64,000 nt of DNA from an uncultured delta proteobacterium (GTDB lineage Bacteria > Desulfobacterota > Binatia > UBA9968). Positions 50,168 to 59,525 of the stretch are shown in pieces (positions within the stretch are counted from its first letter, which is position 1; the number at the start of each line of letters is the position of its first letter). Location: contig CAVXEP010000022.1 in NCBI GenBank assembly GCA_963760795.1, positions 247,123 to 311,122 of the forward strand, written 5' to 3'. The notes under the pieces were generated by a model that was not told the DNA's origin, did no database searches, and saw nothing but the letters and a program-made list of their open reading frames with translations. The translations under genes were made by a program, and so were the position numbers.

Positions 50168-51319
50168 TCAAATACTGACTTTGCCTGGGTGCCAGTCGTA
50201 ACTGTTGACGCTATAGGCATCCGCCGGCATCAGCGTGGTCAGTCCGCGCTTGGCGAGTTCGCCTTCGAACTTCTCGCGGATCCAGGGATCTTCATCGATG
50301 TATTCGATCATGTCTTTGGCGCGGTCCTCGACCTTTTCCGCGTGGCCGCGAAACTGCCGCGGCGGATGCAGCGCCAGATAGCGCGCCGGAGTGCCGCCGG
50401 CGTTGAAGTGCTGGTGAAACCATTTGTCGGGCGGCACGAACATGCTGCCCTCGTGCCAGGGCGCGACAATCTTTTCTTTGCCTTCCTCCCAGAGCACGGA
50501 ATAGCCTTCGCCCGCCGGAATCACGATCACCCGTCCCGGGCCGTGGCGATGGGCCTTCTTGTAGGTGCGCGTGGCAAACACCGACATATGGCAAGACATT
50601 TCCGAGCTGGGAAACATGATGATCACGCTCATGCCGCCGCGCGCGTTGGTCGTGAGCTTGTCCCACGCCGCCATGTCGGGGAAAAAGTTGCCGTGCCAGT
50701 AGACGCGACTGCTGCCCCAGGCAAGCTCCGGATCGCCGTTTTCGACGAGCTTGGCTTGGGAGTAGGTTTCGCTTTCTTGGGCGAGAGCTGCGGCCTTCTG
50801 ATAGGGGTTGTTAAAGTAGAATTGCGGTTCGGTGACCAGCGAGGTGGCCAGGGGCAGATAGCTATAGCGCAAGAGTCGAACCGGCTTGTCGCCGCGCATG
50901 TTGGCCAACTGCAAATTGCTGTTGGAAGCGACGTGAAACAAGCTGCGATCTTGCCATTCAAAAGTTTTCTTCGGCGCGCCGTCGGCGCTCCAAACCGTGC
51001 TCACGCCGTAGCCTTGCAACACGTAAATCAGCTCGTCAAGAGCGAATTTCATCGGCGGCAACGATTTCCCCGGCGCAATCTCCATGACGATCGCGGAGGT
51101 GATGCCTTCTTGACCGGTCAGCTGGATGAACGCCGCGTCGCACTGGCGCTCGTCCCACCAGCCCAGCTCCACGGTGCGCAAATCTTCGATAAAGAAACCG
51201 CGGTGAATCGGAATCCCCACCGACTCCATCCAGCGGTCGTAGGTAAAGGCTTTAACTTCGTTCCGCTTTTGGTCAGCTTGATACGGGTTGGCAGTAAGCT
51301 CTGAATTCAAAGTGGACAT
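50168..51319 (-). CDS. Bicupin protein (gentisate dioxygenase-like fold)
   Basis: Two cupin modules; second has KAHRHGPG...WFHQHFN metal motif. Confidence 0.8.
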   Translation of the reverse strand: MSTLNSELTANPYQADQKRNEVKAFTYDRWMESVGIPIHRGFFIEDLRTVELGWWDERQCDAAFIQLTGQEGITSAIVMEIAPGKSLPPMKFALDELIYVLQGYGVSTVWSADGAPKKTFEWQDRSLFHVASNSNLQLANMRGDKPVRLLRYSYLPLATSLVTEPQFYFNNPYQKAAALAQESETYSQAKLVENGDPELAWGSSRVYWHGNFFPDMAAWDKLTTNARGGMSVIIMFPSSEMSCHMSVFATRTYKKAHRHGPGRVIVIPAGEGYSVLWEEGKEKIVAPWHEGSMFVPPDKWFHQHFNAGGTPARYLALHPPRQFRGHAEKVEDRAKDMIEYIDEDPWIREKFEGELAKRGLTTLMPADAYSVNSYDWHPGKVSI

Positions 51320-51399
51320 AGCGCAGCTCCTTCGTAGTCTGTTTCAATACCCCGAATGGTTTTTCTATCGCACAATTCGTCGTCAGAGCAAGTCTGTGC

Positions 51400-51600
51400 G
51401 GAAAACTTGAACAACCTATTTTCTGACGGGAGACGTAGCGACGCACCGGCGAGTCGTCAAGCGCACGAGTGTTGGGTGAAAATTGCGGTTTTGCTTCGAT
51501 TGGTTCAGGCGATGCAGCGGTCGGATACGCTTGATTTGTTTCCTGTCGGATCGTTCTCTCCACCGCGAGATCGAGCAGCATCGACGAGTTTCGTTGAAGT
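51400..51600 (-). promoter_or_regulatory. Repeat element R4 upstream of the cupin gene
   Basis: Minus strand TTGACG-N17-TACGTC; aligns with R1-R3. Confidence 0.8.
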
Positions 51601-51686
51601 GTGGTCGATTCACAATCAAATGAGCAAGATTCAAGACTTGACCCTAAATGCTTTGTTCTCATTAACGAAACTCGAAAACTTTATCT

Positions 51687-52901
51687 TTACCGCGGTGGCA
51701 ATGGATCGGGACCGAAGAGCTTTTTGAAAAGCTCGATGACTTCCCGTTCCCGCGGCAGCTCCTTGATGATTTTTTCGAGCGCCTCCCCGGTTAAAGAACT
51801 GGAATCGTCGCCCGTCTTCTTGTACTCGGCGATAAATTCCGGATCGGCAAACGTCTTGCGCATCGCCTCGCGCAGAACCTGCACGCGCTCCCTAGGCACG
51901 CCGGGCGGCAGCACGTAAGGACTTCCGCCAGCCTGGAACGCCCGGTGCAGGGAGACGAGTTTGCGCTCTCTCTCCGCGCGGGCAAAGGTTTCTAGATCGG
52001 GCACATGACTGTAAATGGAATGGGGCTTGGTTCCCTTGGGTATCTCGGTAAGGGCATGGACGTCGAGAAGATTTTCGTCGAACATCTTCTGCCGCATGGG
52101 CGTTTCCCAGTGATTGGTTCGGGCATCGATTTCACCGGCGCGGAGAGCCACGTCGAGTTCCCCTCCCGTATAACCGACTACGAACTTGGGCTCATTCATA
52201 CCCATGAGGTACGCAAACATCCGGCCGGTGTAGTAGATCGTGTGGCCCACTGCCTGAGCGCCGATGCGGACGCCCTTCGCGGCCCTGAGATTTTCTAAAT
52301 TTCGTATACCGGCGGCCCTGCGTGTCAGGAAAATATGCGCATGGCCGCTGTAAGGGGTGCCCAGATAAATAAACTTATCGATATCGTAGAGCACGCCGCT
52401 TTCGCCGAGAATGGCCGCCGGAATGAGATTGCTGCCCATCACCCCGATCGTCAGTCCGTCGGGCTGAGCCCTGGTGTAAACCTGATTCGCCGCCGCCCGC
52501 GCGCCCGCTCCTTGGCGGTAATCGACGACCATGTCCGGGCTGCCTGGAATGTGCTTCTTGAGAAAGGTCGTGACCGCGCGACCGCGCATGTCTCCCGTGC
52601 CGCCGGGCGCAAAACCAAAAACCATCGTGATCGTCTTGCCTTGGTAGAATGGGGTCTGGGCTACAACCGCCGAGGTCGCCAGCGAAAGCCAGGAGACGGC
52701 CAACATGGACAAGAATAACCACGCTCCCATAGGCCGACGAAGTCTTCGTCGTTCATCCTTCGACAAGCTGCTCAGAGCGAACGATGGGATGCGTGAAACT
52801 GAGGATTTGCCGTTTGTGCTGAGCCCACCGAGGTCCCTCGGCAGATCCTCTTCGCAACATGAATCTCTTCGTACCCGCCTGCTAGGGTTTGTGCCGTTCA
52901 T
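51687..52901 (-). CDS. Bug/TctC-like substrate-binding protein (true start may be ~52730)
   Basis: FYQGKTI...GFAPGG.GD, PDGLTI and PPGVP.ERV..LR.A...TF.DPEF motifs. Confidence 0.88.
   Translation of the reverse strand: MNGTNPSRRVRRDSCCEEDLPRDLGGLSTNGKSSVSRIPSFALSSLSKDERRRLRRPMGAWLFLSMLAVSWLSLATSAVVAQTPFYQGKTITMVFGFAPGGTGDMRGRAVTTFLKKHIPGSPDMVVDYRQGAGARAAANQVYTRAQPDGLTIGVMGSNLIPAAILGESGVLYDIDKFIYLGTPYSGHAHIFLTRRAAGIRNLENLRAAKGVRIGAQAVGHTIYYTGRMFAYLMGMNEPKFVVGYTGGELDVALRAGEIDARTNHWETPMRQKMFDENLLDVHALTEIPKGTKPHSIYSHVPDLETFARAERERKLVSLHRAFQAGGSPYVLPPGVPRERVQVLREAMRKTFADPEFIAEYKKTGDDSSSLTGEALEKIIKELPREREVIELFKKLFGPDPLPPR
52750..52832. repeat. REP-like palindromic element (CTTCGACAAGCTCAG family) inside the 5' region of the gene
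   Basis: tccttcgacaagctgctcagagcgaacg ... ccgtttgtgctgagcc; translates SFDKLLRAN...PFVLS. Confidence 0.6.
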
Positions 52902-52924
52902 GTTATCTCCAGGGATCGTTTCGG

Positions 52925-53035
52925 TTTGTCTGTGAAGGCAGACCTATCGCCGAACCGCCGACCTGTCAATCGCCCGAGCGTTTGGCGAAAGCCGCGATTT
53001 GCATCGGCTGATTCGCGTCGCGCAGCAGGCGGAGA
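52925..53035 (-). promoter_or_regulatory. Repeat element R5 (partial) upstream of the TctC-like gene
   Basis: Minus strand TTGACA-N17-TAGGTC; tatcgccg...tgtcaatcgcc...cgtttg.(c/t)gaaa...ttgc.tcggctg shared with R1. Confidence 0.7.
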
Positions 53036-53107
53036 TCGAAGAGCCGGACAGGGGGGTCAGACTTTGCTAACTGGACTTTCTTCGTTCACGTGGTCGCACA
53101 AGCTCTA

Positions 53108-53201
53108 GATTCGAATCATTTTGATCTACCGCAAGGGCATCAAAGACGACCTGACGCCCAAGGAAAAGACTGTGTTGCGCAAGATTAATGCGGGGTGGTA
53201 A
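53108..53201 (+). pseudogene. C-terminal remnant of a RelE/HigB-type toxin
   Basis: IRIILIYRKGIKDDLTPKEKTVLRKINAGW* immediately before the antitoxin; N-terminal part absent. Confidence 0.7.
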
Positions 53202-53203
53202 CG

Positions 53204-53495
53204 ATGGACAAGAAGCTGTTTAAACGATTAGTAGAGAGCATGAGTCAGATGGATGAAATCGTGCGCGGCGTTCGCGCGCCATCGCGAGAGTTCTATGTCG
53301 ATGCCGCAATGGTCAAGGAGATTCGAGCCATGACGGGCCTCAGTCAGCCGCAGTTCGCGAAGCTCCTGCACGTCGACGTTGGTACTTTGCGCAATTGGGA
53401 ACAGGGCAGACGAGAGCCGACGGGCCCGGCAAAGGCTCTGCTGACGAGCGATCAAGACTGACCCGAAGGCAGTGCTGAAGGCGTTAGCGGCATGA
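53204..53495 (+). CDS. HigA/NadS-type XRE helix-turn-helix antitoxin, frameshift near 53445
   Basis: IRAMTGLSQPQFAKLL.V.VGTLRNWEQGRREP.GPAKALL..IKTDPKAVLKALAA*. Confidence 0.88.
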
Positions 53496-54099
53496 AAGGA
53501 GGCGGCGGCTTGACCCACCTCCTTGGCAGGGCGACATGGAAGTTAGACCAAGTCTGCGCAGATCTTAACTCTGGAGCAACCGGCTCGGATACCGATGCGA
53601 CTCGGAATTCGCATGCGAAATGTTGGGCGAACCTAATCCTTGCCAGTTTTGCTTCCCTTTGCGCTATTGGGTTATTTGTCTCACGGCGGCTTGCTCTAAC
53701 GTTACACCCAGCTTGCGACCTTCTTGGATCGGTTCGTATGTTGGTTGGAAGGGATTTACCACTCACGAGAACGCGCCGACTCTTTCGAGGGCTCAGCGAA
53801 TACTCGCTCTGAGTCGTCACTGTAATATCGTATTAAGAAATTTTCCTCCGGAAATTACGTCGTTCTTCGAAAGCCCACCGAATCTCAATACAGCAATTTA
53901 GAATATATGTCCCACGCAGCCCTAAATCGCACCGCCGCAATTTGACCAATTCGCGGCAATGTTTTTTCTTCGAGATTCTTGTTAGTTTCGAGCCTGATGA
54001 TACTTTTTCGAACGTTCTTGAAGCATGAGTCCGACCTCTGTTGTCGTGCGCCCGAATTCGCTGTTGTGTTTCTTTATAGCCTCGTTCGTTTCTTTTCAA

Positions 54100-55110
54100 G
54101 AAATCTCGGGACCTGGAAACTTTTTCGATGTCGATCCAGGCCGATCATCATCGCCGCTTTAGCCCTTGTGTTAACTTGCTTGGGCGCTTTGGTGCCCTGA
54201 TACGTGCCCGAACTGTCGTCCAACGTTGCCATGCCGAGATACAGCGCAAGGCTCCTCTCGGAAAGAATCCTCGTGCGGCCGTCAATTTTCCCCATCCGAC
54301 TGTACACTGCGGATCTGTATCGACGAAGGTCTTGGGATCTTGGAGTCTTTGGCAATCTCTGCAATCTTGTTGCGTAGCCGCTTAATCTTCTCATCGAGTT
54401 CCAGACATCGCCGGGCGTCCTCTTGGATCATCTCGCCTACCCACTCTACTTCGTCACTGAAGTGGGCTCGCTTCTGCCAGTCCTCGATCTTCGCAGCACA
54501 CTTCACCCCCACCTGCGGTATCTTCATCAACGTGATGTGCCGGAGTCGGGAAAACTCGCTGAGGGTCTGCGCACTTAACAGGAAGTTTAAAAACCACTGA
54601 TTGCTCGCTTCCCCCGTGATCTCTAACAATCCCGGACACACCGCTTGGAGATCGGCCTGTAAACCGTTCACCACCCGCACCCGCTCGTTGACTAACCGGC
54701 GCCATGCGGCTCAGTCGCTTGAGTATTTCATTCTCCTGGGGCGTACCCTTTACTTCCTGCAGTACTCGTAAGCCAGCGGGTAGACGATCGCTTAGCTGAA
54801 CAGTGTAAGCCTTCGCGCACGTCGATCCGGCCAACTCTTGGGCTCCTCCGGGAGAATTTGACCTTGGGCATATGAGGTTGTTCGATTGTAGAGCCGGTAG
54901 CCGTGCTGGCGAACCATGCTGTCCAACGGCCGGGCATAGCCGTTGTAACCTTCCATGGCCACTGCCACCACGCAGCTCTTGGTCTTCTGATGCTTCTCGA
55001 TGCGGGCTCCGCAAATCCTTCGGGCCGGTGCTCGATCTCAAATTCTTCGAGCACTTCGCCGCTTGATAGTTCCCATCGCCACGCTGTCACGATTACTCCT
55101 AGTATCGATG
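54100..55110 (-). pseudogene. Decayed IS110-family transposase (DEDD recombinase)
   Basis: Fragments GEVLEEFEIEH.PEGF, RVVNGLQADLQAVCPGLL and SERSLALYLGMA.LDDSSG (catalytic-Ser SG motif region); many frameshifts; C-terminus missing. Confidence 0.8.
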
Positions 55111-55124
55111 AAACGGATTACTTT

Positions 55125-55340
55125 TTCTCCTGACAGTAGCTCCTCTTCGGTAGAAACAAGATCGTTTTGATCATCCTTCGGTCTCGTCTACTTACAGAGC
55201 CACGTATTCTGGTGAGAATATGGCACCATCCCGGTCGACGCCCTCGGATGATGCAGGCGACGAGGGCGGCATTTCAGGCTATGTGAGCCTGAATGAACAG
55301 GCCACTGACACTAAGAGCCACACCCTCGTCAGGACTTTCT
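55125..55340 (-). ncRNA. Candidate IS110 bridge RNA / structured left-end non-coding region
   Basis: Directly upstream of the transposase; several stems visible: GACGAGGG..GGC/GCCGCCCTCGTC, TTCAGGCT/AGCCTGAA, TATTCT/AGAATA, GTGGCTC/GAGCTAC (G-U pair on the minus strand). Confidence 0.55.
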
Positions 55341-55389
55341 TTACCTGATTCTTCTTTGTCCCGCTACCTGCAAATTCCGATGGTAGACA

Positions 55390-55428
55390 CTTTTGCCTTT
55401 CCCTTTTGCCTTTCCTTTTGCCTTTTGT
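55390..55428. repeat. Short tandem repeat (TTTTGCCTTTCC)
   Basis: ttttgcctttcccttttgcctttccttttgccttttg. Confidence 0.6.
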
Positions 55429-55559
55429 GCTCAGGCTAGTTAGCAGGGATACATACCCGTCAAGTGCTTGCACGTGGTATGGCATTGTCCTACAGTGTCG
55501 CTAGGTATTTGCCGGAAATTTTCGTCCCGATAGGACCAGCTGATGACCTTTTTTACACT

Positions 55560-55925
55560 TTGGATGAAAAATAGTTGATTCGACGTCTATTGTCATTGCA
55601 GCATTATGCATCAGTAGAGTAATAGTCAGGGTAGCTAGATCTTTTTGAAGCACACCGATCGTCTCTTCTTTGGAATATTTCGCACCCGTTTCAAATCCAG
55701 CGTTTACAAGGGCTTCAACAGCCCCGTAATTTTCGCTTTCACCCCACCGTCAATGTCGACCCGACCCATTACCGAAGCGTTCTCGTAGGGTCCGCACACT
55801 TCATATGAGAATTGCGACACTAACTTGAGTGCCCGTTCATCAATGAGCGCCTGTGCGAAACCGACCAGTGGGGAAAAGGCAATAATCGCAAGTAATAACA
55901 AAACCGCTAATAGTCTTGCTTCCAT
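55560..55925 (-). CDS. Lower-GC secreted hypothetical protein, probably frameshifted near 55705 (end approximate)
   Basis: Signal peptide MEARLLAVLLLLAIIAF with AGGAG RBS; shifted frame continues VNAGFETGAKYSKEETIGVLQKDLA. Confidence 0.5.
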
Positions 55926-56059
55926 GACTGACTCCTACATGATCCGCTCAACACTTACAGAGTCGGATTTTTGCAATGCTTCCATCTTGTCCAAAATGCA
56001 AAACGGGTGGCCGAATTACTTCGACCAGCCCGTTTATACGTTCTATCTGTCCTATTCAC

Positions 56060-58824
56060 TCACGAACACCCGCTCACCGCGCCGCAGTTCATGCATTTAT
56101 AGCAAGCGCCGCTGCGGATCATGATCGCGCCGCAGTCCGGGCAGGGGGCGCGTCTTGTTGATAGAGGCTGGTGACGCTGCTGATGCTTGCCACGGGCGCG
56201 CCGCCGCGCGGCGCGTGGGCGCCATCGCGATAACTTTTTTCTGCGTGCACTCGTTCGGTTGGCTCTTGCCGCTGCACAATCCCGACTTCCTGCTGCGCTT
56301 CGTCGTCGAGGAACTTGCTCGCCAGCCAGCGGAAGATGTAATCCATGATCGACTTGGCCATCGGGATATCCGGGTTCTTGGTGAAGCCCGAGGGCTCGAA
56401 GCGCATGTGGCTGAACTTATCGACCAATCCCCTAAGCGGCACGCCGTATTGCAGGGCGATGGAAATCGCCGTGGCAAAGGAGTCCATCAGACCGGAAATC
56501 GTCGAGCCCTCCTTCGACATGGTGATAAAGATCTCGCCCGGCTGGCCGTCCTCATACATACCGGCGATGATGTAGCCCTCATGGCCGGCGATGTCGAATT
56601 TGTGCGTGATCGAGCGGCGCTCGTCGGGCAGCCGGTGGCGCAGTACCAGCGGCTCCTTGTTGTCCGCGGCGCCGGCCTTTTTCTCCTCTTTGTCTTTTGA
56701 AGTGTTGAGCGGCTGCGTACGCTTGGAACCGTCGCGATAAATCGCCACTGCTTTTAGTCCGAGCTTCCACGACTCCATATAGGCGTGGACAATCTCGTCG
56801 ACGCTCGCATCCGTGGGCATGTTGATGGTCTTAGAGATAGCGCCGGAGATGAACGGCTGCACCGCGCCCATCATGCGCACATGGCCCATGTATTGAATCG
56901 ACCGGCTGCCGTTGGCGGGCTTGAAAGCGCAGTCAAAGACCGGCAGATCGTCGTCTCTTAGATGCGGCGCTCCTTCGATGGTCTCATGTTCTTCGATGTA
57001 CTCGATGATGTCTTGGATCTGTTTGACTTCGTAGCCCAGCCGCCGTAGCGCCCGCGGCACGGTGTGATTGACGATCTTCAACAAGCCGCCGCCGACCAAT
57101 TTTTTGTATTTGACCAGCGCGATGTCGGGCTCGACACCGGTGGTATCGCAATCCATCATGAAGGCGATGGTGCCGGTGGGCGCCAAGACCGAGATCTGCG
57201 AATTCTTGACGCCGAACTTTTCCGCTTCGGTACAGGTTTGATCCCAAGCCTCGCGCGCTGCGCTGACCAGGTCGAGGGGCACATGGGATGGCGAGATTTT
57301 ATAAGCCTGGGAGCGGTGCTTGTTGAGCACCCGCAGCATCGGCTGGCGGTTTACGTCATAGCCGGCGAAGGTGCCGGTGGCTGCGGCGTTACGCGCCGAC
57401 TGCAAATACCCCTGCCCCGACATCAGTGCGGTCACCGCCGCCGCATAGGCGCGCCCGCCGTCGGAATCGTAGGGCAGTCCGAGGGTCATCAGCAATGCGC
57501 CCAAGTTGGCATAACCCAGGCCGAGTTCGCGAAAGGCGTGGGCGTTGGCGGTGATCTCCGCGGTCGGATAGGACGAGTTGTCGATTAAAATGTCCTGGGC
57601 GAGAATCACGATATCAACCGCGCGACGGAACGATTCGGTGTCGAAAACGCCGTCCTCGCGCAGATATTTGAGCAAATTGAGCGATGCCAGATTGCACGCG
57701 GAGTTGTCCAGATGCATGTACTCCGAGCAGGGATTGGACGCGTTGATACGCGCGGTGTTGGAGCAAGTATGCCAGTCGTTGATCGTGGTATCGTACTGCA
57801 TGCCGGGATCGCCGCAGAAATAAGTGCTCTCGGCAATCATTTTCATCAAGTCGCGGGCCTTAAAAGTCTCGCAGACCCGTCCGTTGGTGACATACTTGGT
57901 TTGCCACTCGCGGTCTTCCTGTACCGCTTGCATGAACTCGTCGGTCACCCGCACCGAATTGTTGGCGTTTTGGAAAAACACGCTGCCATAGGCCGGACCG
58001 TCCAAACTGGAATCGTAGCCGGCCTCGATCAGCGCCCAGGCCTTTTTCTCTTCCTCGACTTTGCATTTGATGAAATCTTCGATATCGGGGTGATCGACGT
58101 TCAAGACCACCATTTTGGCGGCGCGCCGGGTCTTGCCCCCGGACTTGATCACTCCCGCCGAGGCATCGGCGGCTTTCATGAACGACACCGGCCCGGAGGC
58201 TGTGCCGCCGCCGGCGAGCTGCTCCTTGGCGGAACGGATCGTCGACAAATTGACGCCGGAACCGGAGCCGCCTTTGAAAATGACCCCTTCCTTGCGGTAC
58301 CAATCGAGAATCGAGTCCATGGTATCCTCGACCGACAGAATGAAACAGGCCGAGCACTGGGGCTTTTCTTCGATGCCGCAATTGAACCACACCGGACTGT
58401 TAAAACAGGCCTTCTGGTGCAGCATGATATGCGTCAGCTCATCGGCGAACGCAGAGGCGTCCTCGTCGGTGGCGAAGTAGCCATCTTTTTGCCCCCAGCC
58501 GGTGATCGTGCGCACCACCCGGCCGATCATCTGGCGCACGCTGGTTTCCCGCTGCGGTGTGCCCAGCGGACCGCGGAAATATTTCGACACCACGACCTGG
58601 GTCGCCATTAACGACCAAAACTTAGGGATCTCGACGTTGCTCTGTTCGAAGACTATTTTGCCCTTCTCGTTGGCGATGGTCGCGGTACGCTGCTCCCAGT
58701 CCACCTCGTCATAAGGATTAACCCCAGACCGGCTGAAATAACGCGGAATTTTCAGCCCAGCGGGCGCTCGAACCGGCTTTTGACCGGCCGCCAAATCAGT
58801 CGCCTCAGATGTCAGAATTGCCAT
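56060..58824 (-). CDS. nrdJ: Vitamin B12-dependent class II ribonucleotide reductase with C-terminal TSCPD and zinc-ribbon domains; frameshift near 56140
   Basis: FNSPVWFN, QCSACFI, GGKTRRAA, SNPCSEY..LDNSACNLAS, APTGTI, SGAISKTIN and YRDGSK; shifted tail CPDCGAIMIRSGACYKCMNCG..SGCS*. Confidence 0.97.
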
Positions 58825-58852
58825 CGCTCCATGTCTCCCTTCTCCCTGCTAT

Positions 58853-58899
58853 CGCCCATATATGGTGTGAAACGTTTAGATGTGCACTAGATTTTGTAT
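58853..58899 (-). promoter_or_regulatory. Tandem NrdR boxes
   Basis: Minus strand ACACCATATATGGGCG (58853-58868) and ATACAAAATCTAGTGC (58884-58899) fit acaCwAtATaTwGtgt; 31-bp spacing; directly upstream of nrdJ. Confidence 0.85.
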
Positions 58900-59047
58900 T
58901 TTTAGTGGCAAATCCCTTGGTTGTCAATCAAAATTTTCGGCAGCGGTATTTGTTGTGACTTTTCGCCAGTTTTGATGAAATTACTAAACTTGTGGCAGCA
59001 TCGCACCGGCTGGCATGGACGGCGCCGATCTGCTAGTTAGATTGACT

Positions 59048-59509
59048 ATGGCGCGACGAGATCCGCAGATCGAACGGTTGGGCGAGATGCTCGAAACTTC
59101 GCTCAAGCGGCTCGACTTAAACTCGCGCCTATCGGACTACGGCGTCTGGACGATTTGGAATCAAGCGGTGGGCAGCGCCATCGCCCGTAACGCCCAACCG
59201 GAAAAGCTCCGTAACGGCACCCTGATCGTCAAAGTATCCAGCCCGGTGTGGATGCAGCAGCTCCAGTTTATGAAGGAAATGATCGCCGCCAAGCTCAACG
59301 AGCAACTGAAGCGCGACGTCGTTAAGAATATTTTTTTCATGGTCGGCCGCGTAGACCCGCCGCCGGATGAGCGCACCGATCAGCCAGCAGCCACGCCGCT
59401 ACGGCTGGTCGACGCCGGATTCATTGAAACCATCGAAGATCCGGCAATCCGCGACGCCTTCAAGAAACTTTTAAATAGTTTCGCCCGCCGTCCGACCAAA
59501 CCCGAATGA
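59048..59509 (+). CDS. DUF721/DciA family protein
   Basis: W..AVG..IA..AQP......L.V.VSSPVW.QQL.F.K..I..KLN pattern. Confidence 0.85.
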   Translation: MARRDPQIERLGEMLETSLKRLDLNSRLSDYGVWTIWNQAVGSAIARNAQPEKLRNGTLIVKVSSPVWMQQLQFMKEMIAAKLNEQLKRDVVKNIFFMVGRVDPPPDERTDQPAATPLRLVDAGFIETIEDPAIRDAFKKLLNSFARRPTKPE

Positions 59510-59525
59510 TTCGGTACAACCGGCT

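Noticed and set aside
47166-53035. R1-R5 as a CRISPR array or canonical integron attC sites
   Set aside because: Units are 100-200 bp, diverged and separated by whole genes. No RYYYAAC..GTTRRRY palindromic arms were seen, they sit 5' of genes with a promoter, and no cas or intI gene is in the window.
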